Positions 1 through 14,028 of a stretch of 64,000 nt of DNA are shown piece after piece; the first letter of the stretch is position 1, and each line of letters starts with the position of its first letter. The DNA is from Camelus dromedarius (Eukaryota): assembly GCF_036321535.1 (NCBI RefSeq), contig NC_087436.1, positions 79,052,001 to 79,116,000 on the forward strand, read 5' to 3'. The position numbers and the translations under genes are program-made. The notes beneath the pieces were generated by a model. The model was not told the origin of the DNA. It did no database searches and was given only the letters and a program-made list of their open reading frames with translations.

Positions 1-450
1 TATTAGGGGTGGTGACTGCATATCTCTGAATAAACTAAAAACTACCAAACTGTATTGTATTTAACAAGGGTGAATTTTATGGTAGATGTGAACCATATCT
101 CAATAAAGTTGTTCCACAAAAAGAGTGTTATGACCATGAATTATAGGAGCAGTGAGATCTAATACCCAATTTGAAATTGTTTCCTGTTCTGATTGTAATA
201 ACCACTATAGACTGGTCTCAGGAAAATGATAAGGAATTAAAAAACAAATTAAAAGGAATTAAAAGTCTGAATTCATGCTTGGGACACTGAAGATGGGACT
301 CCCTACACCATTTTTCCTTGGAGAGGAGATGCTGGGCACTGGTCCAAGAGCACACAAGCAGCGATTCTGACGTAAGTGCACAGGGAGAGAAACATAGGAA
401 CTTCCTGGTGGTCTGTGAAATGAGGAGGAAGACGCATGTAGCCTGCCCTT

Positions 451-492
451 AGTCACATCCCATGGGAGTCACATCCCATGGGAGTCACATCC
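451..492. repeat. Tandem repeat, 16-nt unit AGTCACATCCCATGGG x about 2.6
   Basis: Units at 451-466 and 467-482, partial unit at 483-492. Confidence 0.9.
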
Positions 493-2826
493 GTGTGATT
501 CTCATTTGGATAAGGAAAGGGGAAGTGTCCCCACTTGTGTGCACATGCACACATGCACACCCACACACAGAGCTAGAAAACTTGGGAACTCTAAGTTTAC
601 ATTAGCTTGGCATCTGCATGCTGAGTTTTAACTGAAACTTGGGGAATAAAGAAAACAGAAAACGAAGTGGTCAGGAAAAAGAACATTAGAAGATATATAT
701 GGGAAAGGGTCATATTGATGCTGTATAACTAAGTCAACAGTCTAGATTTCTCCTTCTCAACTTTCAGCATGACCCACAATACCACTACTGCAGCTTACAT
801 AGAAGCTGGCATAATCTTTAATTTTTCAGCCTTTAAAAGGAATTCTGAACAAGCTTTTACAAACAGCTTCCTTCCAAACTTTAGAAACCATACCTACAAG
901 TGCTTGAGGGTTCTTAATTTCTTAAATTGATTTCCTCCCTCACCAAGATTGTAGATTATATTCTAAAGAGGTTAACAAACAATTTTCTGGGTCCATCAGC
1001 AACTAACACGGTGGAGCCTTTGAGTATTGGTGTTCATGTGGCTTTGGTGGGAAAAGTGAGAGATGAGCCCAGTTCACTTTGGCATTTAAGTAAACCCCTT
1101 ATAGGGAACTGAGCCCTTAGAAAGACTTATTAATACATTTGATGAACTTGAGCAACTATTTAGTGTCTCTCTAATGAAATCGTAAATTTAACTCATTATT
1201 CCTATGAAATATACCCAGATCTTTTATGGGATAGGAGAGAAAGACAAAAAGAGAAAAATATGGGTGAATCTAGGGGAAACGACATGGGTGGTAGGTTCAT
1301 GTGAGTAGGTGTGATGAGGGAATATACAGACAGTGGTGAAGGAGCCAGGGAGACAGAGAGGCTATGTGAAGGCCAGCAAAAAGGAAGCAGCAGGGAAGCA
1401 AAGCGAGGGTGAGGGATTGCTAGGAGGCAGAGACAACAGAGAGGCAGAAAGAGGCAGCAAGGCAGACTGAAGGCTGGAAAAGAAGGCACCAGGAAATGTA
1501 CTGGAATTATGAAACGTCCAATCCATTCTTTCACTCTTCCTGGGTGAATCTTCAGCTTCCTTCTCTATTCATACCAAAGGCATATTACTGATAATGAGTA
1601 AATTAGTGTTAACATCGCACTGGGAACAGACACTCAGCATACTGTGTGCACACAAACACACAAACATAAAATACAACCATCTGTACCTAATGACTCCTTT
1701 ATATCATTATGGTATCTAAGTAAATTGGATTTGAAGCACTTACTTCCCTGCTAAGTAATGAGAGGATATAAACAACTCCCTTAGTCAGCAATATGCAAGT
1801 TTCATTTTTCCTCTCTTTATGAACACTACAATAAAAGATTTTCTTTCAAAATCAGTTTAAAGAGGGATTAGAAAATATGATTACTTGATATGTCTAATTT
1901 TAGTACAATATATACTAAAATACTGTTTCCCTCATGCATTTTCCATTTTCACCCAGCGGTAATTAAAAAAAGTAGGTTTCTTCTTTCACTTTCCCTTAGA
2001 TGAACTAGCTATCAGCAAAAGCTCCAACCCTCTTGATCCTTTAATAAAAATGAAGGAGTAAACAAATGGCCTTTAAACTCATCTATTTACATCCAGTAAC
2101 TCAGTCATTTGCCATGTCATTTTGACACTGACGGAATATGCAGCAGTATTCCAAGGGAAAACGTTAGGCCCTAAATATGAACTGTCCTGATCCTTTCACA
2201 ACATTCAGGTTTTCAGCAAGTAGATAAATATGGAGAAAGGTTATGTGTGTGAGTCTATACATGGATATCAGGTGGCTGGAAGGCTTAAACGCAGACAGGA
2301 AGCAGAAGAACTACAAACAGGAATATCCTCCAGAAAAACTACAACTGAGCAAATAACAGAATGTTTTAACTGCTTTTTATTAGCAATTACAGATTCAAAA
2401 TAAGTAAAGGATGAAAGTGATATAAAGTTTATATTTATCATTTATACCTTGCCTACTGGTCATTTCAACTGACCCAACTGACCCAGCTTCATAGTTCAGA
2501 AAATAAGATAAATAATTTGATTCCATTTAAACCTACCTCACTAGTATAAAAGGTAGGTTTTTAAACCAGCAATAAAATGGCTACCCACACACTGAGGAAT
2601 AATTATGATGATGTGGTATTAAAGCACACTGTGTATCAGCTTCTAGCAGAATGAAATACTACATGACATACAACTGGGATTCTGTTACACTGCCTTCTGC
2701 AACAGCAGCTGATTCAAACTCTCAGCTGAAATGCCATACTCAATCAAGATTTCAGCAAGAAAAGGACCAATTTCTTTCATAATGTTCAAGCATTAATTAT
2801 TGTTTTTAAAAAAAATGGTTACTAAC

Positions 2827-3043
2827 CTTGCTGAAGAGGCTGAGTGTTTGTACTGGGATTCTGACTAACTGGCTGGGTTGAGCTACTGGCTGTTGTGGCA
2901 GTAACAAGTCGGACATAATGAAACTTGCTTCCAGGCACTTGAATCTGCTGGACATTGGGAGCAGTTGCCAGAGGAATAATTGTCTTAAACTGTGATGTGC
3001 TCACGCCTCCAACAGTGATGGTCTGCACAGCTGATTTCACTGC
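2827..3043 (-). CDS. LIN54: LIN54 exon 5: [72 protein letters not shown], 217 nt; the gene continues beyond position 1
   Basis: Acceptor tgtttaatag|GCA (phase 0, matching exon 4) and donor CAAG|gttagt. Contains the conserved [13 protein letters not shown] motif of LIN54/tesmin-family proteins. Confidence 0.95.
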
Positions 3044-4609
3044 CTATTAAACAATACAACACGGCTATCATTAATCTGCGATTTTACTTTCCTACTCCTT
3101 TTTACTCATGACAATTGCTCAAGTAAAAAAGTATGTTACTGTATTTCATCAAGAGCTGCGGAAAGGAATAACCTGTTCAAAGAGAAATGAATAGTAATGA
3201 ATACAAGAGTGAAACCAAAATTATTGAGTACTACCTTCCAACTCTAGTGGTTAATTTCCTTGACAGTCCAGGTCAGATGACGTGCTCTGGGGAAACTATT
3301 ACTTAATTACAAGAACTTACACAATTTTGTTAATATCAGGGAAAATTTACACAAAAAAGGTTATTTTAAAACTTTCAGAATCAAACCTCACATTCAACAT
3401 AGGAAAAAAAAAAGTACACAGTACTTGGTTTTATTGCTACCCACCAAATTACCTATGACAAATTTCATTTTCACATATCCTAAAGAAAACTCAAAAAGAA
3501 AGAAACCCAAAAGACAAGCCCATCTTATACTCTCATTAGGTCTGGTCAATTCTGAAAGGCTTATAATACTCTAAAGACACAAATGTGCCTACTAACCTAT
3601 GGGTAGAAGGCCAGATTCAGCCCCAAAATTACCACAATTTTGGCTGTCTAGGGAAACTAATTTTGGATGATTCAGTTCTGAGTCAGTATAATCATTTTAA
3701 TAATTTTTAATCCTTTCCTTCAGTCCGACAAAAAGCAATACAACTTCCCAAAAAGCTAAACGGAACATCAAAGGCAGAACAGAACAAAAGTCTTTTAAGA
3801 TGTCTCCAACTGATGTTTAAGCATTGTACAACAGACTGTCATACAAAGCAAAGGTCCAGACAAGATTTTCTAACTAGCTCTATGGTATTACGTTATAAAG
3901 AATTACATCCCCACCTATTCTTCAAAAGCCCTCATGATAAGACAGGTGACATGATAGAGGAAATCTATATTCATTATATGGATAATAAGTTATGAAGGAA
4001 TAATTCTGAAGAATTTGAACATTTTTCATAAAAGCACAGGGAGAAAAAGGAAAAATGTCATTTAGTTTCTACAGATAATAGTCAAAGTAGATTACTTCAG
4101 TAGAAATAATTCACCTATTATCACTAGGCAGAGGCACTACAAAGGAGATTTAAAATAAAGGTAAGAGGTAAAAGCCATCATAGTCAGTGAACTAAATGAA
4201 AACATAAAAGCTTAAGAAAAGGGATAAAATGTATACATGTGGAAGCTACTGAAAAATCAAGCAACCTATGAGACAGATTACGTACAATGGTGCAAGAGAC
4301 ACTGTCCTTAGTATAGCAGCTCAAAATGGAAAAGGAACACTATTCTAAAAAACCAGGGTGCCTTGGCTATAAGTTAAATTTACTGAGCACTTAATACATG
4401 TAGAGGAAAGCGCTTTTGAAAGCTCTAAGTAAGATTATCAGACTTAAATAATGAGTTAGGTAGAGTATGGCACAAGTACAGGGGCCGGTTTAATTAAGTT
4501 TGCATAGTATACCTTTTTTCCATCTCTTTGCTTTCAACTTTCTATATCCTAAACTTCAAGCTCCAACTCTTGGAGCTGTATATAACTGGGTCTTTTAAAA
4601 CAAAATCAG

Positions 4610-6010
4610 ATCTGACTACTTTTTTTTTAAATCAGTATATGTCTATTTGCATCTAACATAGTTAACTATTTGGATTTAAATCTACCATTGTACTGTTTCC
4701 TATTTGAACCACCTGTCCTCTTCTGTTACTTTTTCTCTCCCTTCTTGCCTTCTTCAGGGTTAAATGTTTATTTCATTTCCTCCTTGTAGCAGCTTGTTAT
4801 TTATGTATCATTACTATTCTTAGTATCCCTAGAGATTACAATGTACAATACAGAAATTAAATTCGTACTTTATACATCACCCACACAATGAAAACCATGG
4901 AACACTAACACCATTTATTCTTGCCCCATCGTTATGCTTTTGTAAAGTATTCTAATTCTATATATAATTTAAACTCAATTAAACACTCACTTAGATATAC
5001 CCACAAATTTACTCTTTCTGTCCTTTGTATACCCTTTCTGTGCTTCCATTTGGGATCATTTTCCTTCTGCCTAAAGAACTCACTTTAGGATTTCCTTATG
5101 TGCAGGTCTGCTGATGAGAAGTTCTCTACACCTTGTTTCTCAAAGTATGTCTAATCTTTTCTTTATCTGTATCTATTTTGCTGATAAATACATCGACTGA
5201 ATTCTTAACCTCAGTTTTAAGTTTTCTGTTTGAAAATATTCATCTGATTCCTTTTTATAGTTTCTAATTCTCTGCTGAAATTCTTCATCTTGTTAAATAA
5301 ATTTCTGAATATATTAATCTTAGTTATTTGAAAAGTAAATCTGGTAACTCCATTACCTGTATCTCTTGGCTTTGAATAATTTGGTCTGGCTACCTGGTAT
5401 GTGTGATGATTTCTAAGTGCTTATTAATGACAGACACTATTTATGAAAAATTAAGGAGATAATTAACTACAGGAGGCTCTGAATGATTTTATATTCTCCT
5501 AGGAAGAATTCACTTTGGCTTTTGGCAGGCAGTTAAGAGTAAAGGCAGACTATTCTAAACCAGTCACAAATTGAGCTGATTTGAAGCTGAGCTTCAATCT
5601 TTGAGAGGCCTTGTCTACTTTTGATTCACTCTTCTGCCAACAAGGACTCCAATGTTTACCAGGCTTCCTTCTCCTGCTCGGGGCCTGGACCCAGTTTTGT
5701 CCATGAGATCTATAAGACTGACAGATCTGCTCAGCTCAACTTTTGGGGGGCCACTTTTGGCTCATCTTCTCAATCTCTCAGCCACAACTTATAAATCAGT
5801 AAACGTCCTAAGGGGAAGCGTCACACCGAACACCAGGTGACTCCTCTAGGCTTCCCTTCAAGATGGTAGTCTATGATGTCCTGGCTCCCTTAGTAGATCT
5901 GCAATGCCTTCAAACAGGTTTGTGAAATACATTTTATTCTTCTTTTTAGTTATTCTTGGTGGGACGGTTGGTCTTCAACAAGCTAATTCTGTATAGCCAA
6001 AAAACAGAAA
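4610..6010 (-). mobile_element. Old degraded L1 fragment (5'/ORF1 side)
   Basis: T-rich sequence with typical antisense L1M phrases (catttgggatcattttccttctgcctaaagaactc, tgcaggtctgctgatg). Boundaries approximate. Confidence 0.6.
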
Positions 6011-6014
6011 ATCC

Positions 6015-6400
6015 AGACTGTTGGGGTTTTAATCTAGGCTCCAACATTTCCTAGTTGAATGACCCTGAGTGCACCTAACTAAACTTCTCTGTACCTGTGT
6101 CCTTACCTGAAAATGTAAATGTGGCACCTATCGCATAAGATTGCTATGGGGATTAAATGAGTTAAATCATATAAAGTGCAAATAATAACTTATTACATAT
6201 TACAATGTTCAATAAATGTGAGCTGCTATTCATGTCATTATCATTATGCAAACTACAGATGGAGAAACCGAAGCTCAGAGACATTTAGTAACTTACCCAC
6301 GTTCACACAGCTAAAAGCAGCAGAGCCAACTCCAAAGCCCAAGCTCTAATGCCTCCTACTGTAGACACTTAATGAATAGCTATTAAATGACTGAATAAAA
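6015..6400. mobile_element. MIR/L2 relics
   Basis: MIR core motifs (gattaaatgagttaa; acagatggagaaaccgaagctcagaga...gtaacttaccca). Confidence 0.65.
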
Positions 6401-8244
6401 GTAAATAGCATTCAGTCCTCAAAAACTCTGTTAAGAACTAAAGTTGTACATCTGCCTCTAAGAAACACGAAAGTATTTTTTATTAGTTAGTATACTGAAC
6501 AGAAGTATAAATAACATTTTTTAAACTTTTATATTTTAAGAGTTTTAGATTTCATAAGAAGTTATAAAACTAATACAAAGTTCCCACGTACACTGCCCCT
6601 AATAGAAAAAAATCTCACATAATCATAGAACAGTATCAAAACCAGGAAACTGACATTCAGTATAATACTATTAACTAAACTACAGAACAGACCTTATTCA
6701 GATTTCACCAGGTTCTATAGGGATGTTTTTCGAATGTGCACTGAAGCTTGCATAGATTCATGTAACTGTATCACCATCAAGATATAAAATGGTTCTACTA
6801 CCACAGAGAAACTTTCCTGCACTCCCCTTTATAGTCACAGCCCTAACTCTTGGCAACCACTGATTAAATTGCATTTTTTTAACACCTAAAATACTAAGTA
6901 ACATATAAAAGTTACCAAGTTTGTAAAAGAGAAAAGCATCTAAATACTACACTTAATTGCTCTGAGAATTCACCAGTTGGTCCCTTCCTTGAAGTAAGAG
7001 TGGCCTGAGAAACTCCATGTGAATGCCTCTTTGAATGTACCACATGACCAGAAAAATAGTTCATGGATATGCAATAAAAAGCTTTAGTTATCGCTATTTC
7101 CTGATTAACACCCTTGACAGCTGGCTTAAAAAGCAAATATCTTAATTTAAATTTAAAATGTCTACGTTTAATATATATTAATGGTTGTCCTGAAAAACAT
7201 GAGCTTGAAAGACTTTTTTATTAGTACTAGTTCCTAAGTCATTTCTATTTACAGATTAGTATCATAATTACATATTTAGGATAAATTTCTTTGATCATTA
7301 TTTTCTAATTAGCAAATGCCAAAAGTCCAGGCTTAAATGAAGATTCACCTAAAAGAAAAGGAAGAATAAACCACTTTTCTGTTCTGCAAATGAGAATTCT
7401 TACTTTATTTGGTGAAGCTGGAGATAGACAGATGGCTCAATCAACATCCAAAACTCTGAATTTGTGGGATTCCATATTAATACGTTTGCTTTTTGCAGGG
7501 TTTAGGGGTACACTTTGAAATTTGGTTCTGTTTGCAAACACAGCTTAGAAATCATTGTTTGGACATATGGGCTTTGCTTCCAGTTTGTCTCAGTCCTGTG
7601 TGTGCTCTGGCAAGCACCTGATGCTTCTTTATACCTTTGTTTCTCTATTTGTACAGGAGAGAACATTACCACCAAGTGAAATCTATACACTGCTTTGGGG
7701 CACCCGTACAAATTGTGCTGTTTTGAACAGATATTAAGATGATACTTGTTTAATATACTACAAAATCAGAATAGTACCATCCTTAATGCTGGTTGGGCAG
7801 CATTTACTAATACGCATTTGTTTCATTAAACATAAGCTCTTCAAGACTAGTTATTACATGAACCATTCTGCCTTTGTCACATTAAATTATGAAACCTTGA
7901 GGTAAACAAAGTTAGACAAAGGTCTTTGCTATGGGAATTCTTAGGGCCTTTAAATGCTAATGAGCATTACAAATCTCCCAGATGGATATTTAACAATAAC
8001 ATTTGGGAAGGAAATGATTCTTTTTTTTTTTTTAATTTGTATGTAATATATTGGTGCCAAGAGAAAGACAGACAGTATCATGTAAAGACACCTTCCAGGA
8101 AACAGTTTTTCAAAGTTGTGATAAAGAACAGTAGGACAGATATAAAGAATCCTAAGTAACTGCACCATAAAATATGACTTAGGACTCAGTTTTAAATCTA
8201 GGTAACTGATTTTTGCATAATTTGCATAATTTTATAAGAGGATC

Positions 8245-9785
8245 TTTTTTGAATTCAAATATAATTGACATATAACCTTACACTGATTTTAGGTGTACAA
8301 CTTAATGATTTGATACATGTATACATTATAAATTGATTACCACAATTAAGTTTTGGAAGGAGCCATTTCAACACTGCATATAACTACAAATTTTTTTTCT
8401 TGAGATGAGAACTTTCAAGATCTACTTTCTTAGCAACTTCTAAATACATAATACAAAGTTAACTACACAGTCATCAAGTTGTACATTACATTCCTGGGAC
8501 TTATTTATCTTACAACTAGAAGTAAATACCTTTTGACCACTTTCACTTTTTGCCCACATACCCTACCTCTGACAACCACCAATCTGTTCTCTGTATTTTT
8601 TGTTTTTGTTTTCCACATATAAATGAGATTACATAGTATTTATCTTTCTCTCTGTCTGACTTATTTATCACAATGCCCCCGAGGTCTACTTAACAAATGT
8701 TAGGTCTTCATTCTTTTTTAATGCCAAATATTCTATTATATATATGCATATATCTGCATGTGTATCACATTTTATCCATTCATTTCATGAACATTTAGCT
8801 TTAGGTTTCCATGTCTTGACTATTGTAAATAATGCTGCAATGAACACGGGGGTGCAGATATCTTTTTGAGATGGCAATTCTGTTTCCTTCAGACAAATAC
8901 CCAAAATGTAATCGCTGGATTATATAGTAGTTCATTTTTACTTTAGGGGGGAAACTTCATACTGTTTTCCATAGTGGTTATACCAATTTACATTCAAACC
9001 AACAGTGCACCAATGTTCCTTTTTCTCTGCAACCTTGCCAAAACTTGTTGTTTCTTATCTTTTCCGTAACGGCCATTCTAACTGCTGTGAGATGTTATCT
9101 CATTGTGGTTTGGATGTGCATTTCCCTGATTAGTGATGTTGAGCACCTTTTCATGTGTTTATTGGCCATTTGTATGTCTTCTTTGAAAAAAATGTCTATT
9201 TAGAACCTCTGTCCAATTTTTAATTGGATTGTTTGGTTTTTTCCTTCAATTAAGTCATATATATTCTTCATATATTTTGAAATTAACCAGTTATCAGATA
9301 TATGATTTGCAAATAGTTTCTCCCATTCTGTGTGTTGCCTTTTCATTCTGTTGATGGTTTCCTTTGCTGTGCAGAGGCTTTTTAGTTTGATGTAGTCCCA
9401 CTTGTTTATTTTTGCTTTTGTTGCCTCTGGTTTTGATGTCAAATCCCAAAAAAAAACAATGCCAAGGAGCTTATCACCTGTTTTCTTCTAGGAGTTCTAT
9501 GGTTTCAGCCCTACCTTCAAGTCTTTAATTGTGCATGGTGTAAGATTGTGGTCCACTTTCACTCTTTTGCACGTGGCTTCCAGTTTTCCCAACATCAAGT
9601 TTATTGAAAAGACTACCCTTTCTCCATTGTATATTCTTGGCTCCTTTCTTACAAATTAACTGACCACATACGTGTAGGTTTATTTCTGGGCTCTCTATTC
9701 TGATCCACTGATCTTTTTCCTCTGTGTATGCCAATACCACACTGTTTTGATTACTAAAGCTCTGTAATATAGTTTGAAATTAGGA
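8245..9785 (-). mobile_element. L1 3' fragment (ORF2 C-terminus and 3' UTR)
   Basis: Minus-strand ORFs 9200-9442 (KAKINKWDYIKLKSLCTAKETINRMKRQHTEWEKLFANHISD) and 9525-9740 ([16 protein letters not shown]...[13 protein letters not shown]) are L1 ORF2-like; frameshifted. Confidence 0.92.
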
Positions 9786-10574
9786 TATTGTAGGGTTTCA
9801 TATTTATATGCTTTAAAAAAATTGTGACAGATGTTTATAGAAGTTATCATCATGAAAAGACTATGCTTACATTATCCCAGGTTCCAAACTTTAGGTTACT
9901 AAAATAAATAAACCTACCAAAAAGCAAATTTGAAAGCTTTAAAATGCTTTCAAGCTAAAAGGGACAAATGAGGAGATGAGAAAAAATAAATATTATATAC
10001 ATATTATATGACTAACAACAGAGTCACATCTTGAGATACCAGCACTCACAGCACTGATTTACTGACTGGTGAAATGTTATGAAGTATATGTAAGGCATTC
10101 ATTTACTAATTTTTCATGGATATTAGTCCAACTTATGTCTTATTCACAGTTATGAATTGTAGTGACAAAAATGAGTAATTTAAATGTGGTATATTAGTAT
10201 CCATGAAGCATTTAAGGAAAGTGTCAAATGATCATATCAGGCAAATTTAGACAATATGCTTTATAAGGTATCAGCCTTATAAAAATCAGAAACCAGCCCT
10301 ACTAAGGATTAAAACCTATCAAGATAAGGTAAATAAAATAATATGAGATTAGCCTAGGAACAGAGTTTTAAAACCAAAGGAATAGATAAAAGAGCCCATA
10401 TGTAGAAAAGTTCATGATGAAATCTGTCATTGATGAAGAATGATGAGCTACTCAATAAGTGATTATGGATTAGTCATTTGTTCTGAAGAAGAAAAAGCTG
10501 GATAACTATAACTCATTCCTTGTAACAAATTCCAAATAGATCAAAAGATGTAACCTTAAAAATAAAACCAATGT

Positions 10575-11830
10575 TGTCATAAACCTAAACACATAGACCA
10601 ATAAAACAGTAGAATCCAGAAATAAACCTATGCATATATGGTCAAATGATTTTTGACAAAGCTGTCAAGACCATTCAATGTGGAAAAGACAGCCTTCTTA
10701 ATAAATAGTGCTGGGCAAACTAGATAGCCACATGCAAAAGAATGAAGTTGGAGCCTTTCCCAACATCGTATACAAAAATTAACTCAAAAGGGATCCATGA
10801 CCTAAATTTAAGACCTAAAAACTAGAAAACTTTTACAAAAAAAATCAGGCAGAAGCTTCACAACATTGGATTTGGCAATGATTTATTAGATACGATACCA
10901 AAGGCACAAGCAACAAAAGAAAAAAAATAGACAAGTTGGGCTCCTTGAAAACTTTTCCATTTTATGCCTCAAAAGATACTGTCAACAGAATAAAATGGCA
11001 ACTTAAAGAATGGGAGAAAATATTTGCAAATCACATATCTGATAAGGAATTAAAATACAAAATGCACATAGGGAACTTCTAAAACTGAAATCAATTTAAA
11101 AATGGGCAAGATACTCAAACATCACTAATCATTAGGGAAATGCAAATGAAAATGCCAATGAGACACCACCTTACACCCATTAGGATGGCTACTATGAGAA
11201 AAAGTGTTAGTGACAACATGAAAGAAATCAGAACCATGTGCATAGTTGATGGGAATATGAGATGGTATAGTCATCATGGAAAACAGTATGGTGGTTCCTC
11301 ACCATATGATTGAGAAATTCCACTTCTGGATAAACACTCAGAAGAACTAAAAGCAAGGTCTCCAAGAGATATCTGTATACCCATGGTCACAGAAATATTA
11401 TTCAGAAGAGCTAAAACATAGGAACAACTCAAGTGTCTGTCCACAGATGAATATACATACAATGGAATATTATTCAGCTTTAAAAAGGTAGGAAATTCTA
11501 ACATATGCTACACCACTGGTTAACCTTAAAAACATTATGCTAAGTGAAATAAGCCAGTCACAGATGGATAAATAATGTATGTTTCCACTCTTATGAAGTA
11601 GAGTAGTCAAAATCAGACACAGAAAGTAGATGGTGGTTGACAAGGGATGGAGAGAGGGAAAAATGGGTATAGAGTTTCAGTTTTCCAAGATGGAAAGACT
11701 TCTGGAGATGATGGTACAGATGGCTGTACAATAATATGAATGCACTTAATATTGCTGAACTGCACACTTAAAAATGTATATAAAGACAGTATATTTTACA
11801 TTGCGTGTATATTACTACAATACAAAAATT
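10575..11830 (+). mobile_element. L1 3' fragment (ORF2 C-terminus and 3' UTR), older subfamily
   Basis: ccagaaataaacctatgcatatatggtcaaatgatttttgacaaag...aaacatcactaatcattagggaaatgcaaat...ctgaactgcacacttaaaaatg are L1 hallmarks. Confidence 0.88.
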
Positions 11831-12089
11831 AAGATATTCACCTTGCAAGGTGGGTTATAAAAGTCAGGCAGTATCAAACTGATGTAGAGTCTATTATCAA
11901 TTTAACCATTTCCTCAAGTTTAAAAAACAAGGGTAAATCTAATTTTTCTTGTATCTAATTTGTAATAAAAGAATATTTATGTAAAATAAATAATTTTTTT
12001 CTTTCAAATGACAATTTATTTTAATTAAATACAAATAAGGAAAAAAGGCACCATGGCCCATTCAAGTATTTTGCATAGATATACAATTA

Positions 12090-12800
12090 ATAGGCGGATG
12101 AGAGAAAAGAGGGTCTGTTTTCTGTGAACAATCTCCCAAATAAAAAGAAAATTCACATTGCCCTGGATCCCAGACACACACGTACACATAGAGGATGGTG
12201 AGAGAGGGTGTGCAGAAGGGTGACTTTGGGGGCGCTTGGCTTGGGTTCTGTAGAACCTCTCCTCTGCAAGTTTCCCCAGGGGTGGGGCACCTTCCCAGTT
12301 GGCATATTCTTGCCTTTCTTGGGTGTCCAGTAGAGCTGTTCTATACACATTTTAACATAATCACTGACTTGAACTGATCCCTGATTTGAAACATTCAAGT
12401 CTTCCATGCCCTCTGCCAAATAAGAACAAATTCTGACATAGGTAAGGGGAGGCTTTATTCAAAAGGATTCCTGCAAGAGGTGGCAAGGGGCCACGGCAGT
12501 AGGGGAAGAGGCTACTATGTTACCGTAAGACCTGTAGGGAGACACCGGAATATCTGCGAGCCTCTCAGAGCTGGGCAGAAGGAGCTTTTCTTTTTTAGGG
12601 AGAAGTAAACAAGGCTCAAAAGCACCTACGGTTGGTAGGTAATTAGCCCTGGAGCCCGGTCCTGGGCTAAAACCCTCAGAGGGACAGGATGTGACCTCCC
12701 GTGAGGTCCGTATTTCAGAGAGGCCATCGAGGCGCTTAAGAAAAACAGATAGGGTTGAAAAACTGAGAGGAGGCTGTTAGGTTTTACCAAGATTAACGTA
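12090..12800. mobile_element. Probable LTR (ERV-type) relic
   Basis: GC-richer block set in AT-rich L1 sequence, with the LTR-like phrase ggaggctttattcaaaagga. Family not determined. Confidence 0.45.
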
Positions 12801-13189
12801 GTCTCTTGATTTTTAATGGATTAATGTTTTAAAATATTGGAGTAAGAAAGACTTATCTAAGCATAGCTCAAAAACTCAAAATTCATACTTGACGACACTA
12901 CAGTATTTTGACAAAAATTTAATGTGCAAAATTTCTGCAAGAAAAAAAGACAAAGTCAAAGGGGGAAAATGTTTGTAACCACATTAATAACAAAGAAGTA
13001 CTTTCCTTAATATGCTATGAGCCTTTTTAGTTCACAAGTTAAAAAGAAAAAAAAGACAAACCACCCAATGTGCATCAGAGTTCACAGGAGAGGAATCCAA
13101 AAGACACAAAAATATGAATAATTTTTTGAAATACAAATCTATGTAAGAACTTTTAATCAGTTAGATCACCAAAGACTAAAAGTGACTGA

Positions 13190-13615
13190 TAAACAAGAGA
13201 GCACAGAAGTAGAACCACACAAATCCAGTCAACTGATCTGTGACAAAGGAGGAAAAAGACAATTCAATGGGGAAAGGATAGTCTTTTCAACAAATGGTGC
13301 TGGGACAACAGGACAGCCACATGTAAAAAAGTAAACCTCAACATAGATCTTCCACCTTTCACATATGGATCATGAACCTAAAATTATAAAACTAAACTAT
13401 AAAGCTCCTAGAAGATAACATAGGAGAAAACTTAAGTTATCTTGCACCTGGTGATGACTTTTTAGATAGAATACCAAAAGCACAATCCATCAAAGAAAAA
13501 ACTTGATAAGTCAAACTTCATTAAAATTAAAAATTTCTGCTCTGTAAGAGACACTGTTAAAAGAATAAAAAGACAAACCAAAGCTTTGGAGAAAGTATCT
13601 GCAAAACACAAGTGA
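13190..13615 (+). mobile_element. L1 ORF2 fragment
   Basis: aattcaatggggaaaggatagtcttttcaacaaatggtgctggga...acttcattaaaattaaaaatttctgctctg. Confidence 0.85.
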
Positions 13616-13914
13616 AGGTCTAAAGATACAGGAGCCATCTGAGTTCCACTCCAGAAATTCTCAAAGCCAAATGGCACCTTAGGGATGCAACCAGCAAAAT
13701 CCAGGCTATGAAAAACTATAGGATATAAACAACTTGATCTTGTCATTAAAAAAAAAAAAAAAGACAAGAGAAAAAAACCAAGATGAAGTAAGAGAAATAT
13801 CAATCATTTACAAACTTCTCTGAATCCCAAATTCAAACATTGTGTAAAAACTTCAGATGACTGAGGAAATGGGAATTAACTAGGTATTGAATGGCATTAA
13901 AAGAATGTGGGTAA

Positions 13915-14028
13915 GTTTTTGTTGTTGTTTTTTGGGGGAGGTAATTAGGTTTATTTATTTACTTACTTATTTTAATGGAGGTACTGGGTATGCTAAGCAT
14001 GCGCTCTGCCACTGAGCTATATCCTCCC
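13915..14028 (-). mobile_element. tRNA-derived SINE (camelid Vic-1-like) with an internal deletion
   Basis: gggggaggtaattaggtttatttattt...ggaggtactggg...tgctaagcatgcgctctgccactgagctata. Lacks the gattgaacccaggac segment seen in sister copies. Confidence 0.8.

Noticed and set aside
1..2826. Further LIN54 coding exons, including the CXC domain
   Set aside because: No LIN54-like peptide with matching phase found; the next exon appears to be outside the window.
9200..9740. Protein-like minus-strand ORFs
   Set aside because: Frameshifted L1 ORF2 remnants, not host exons.
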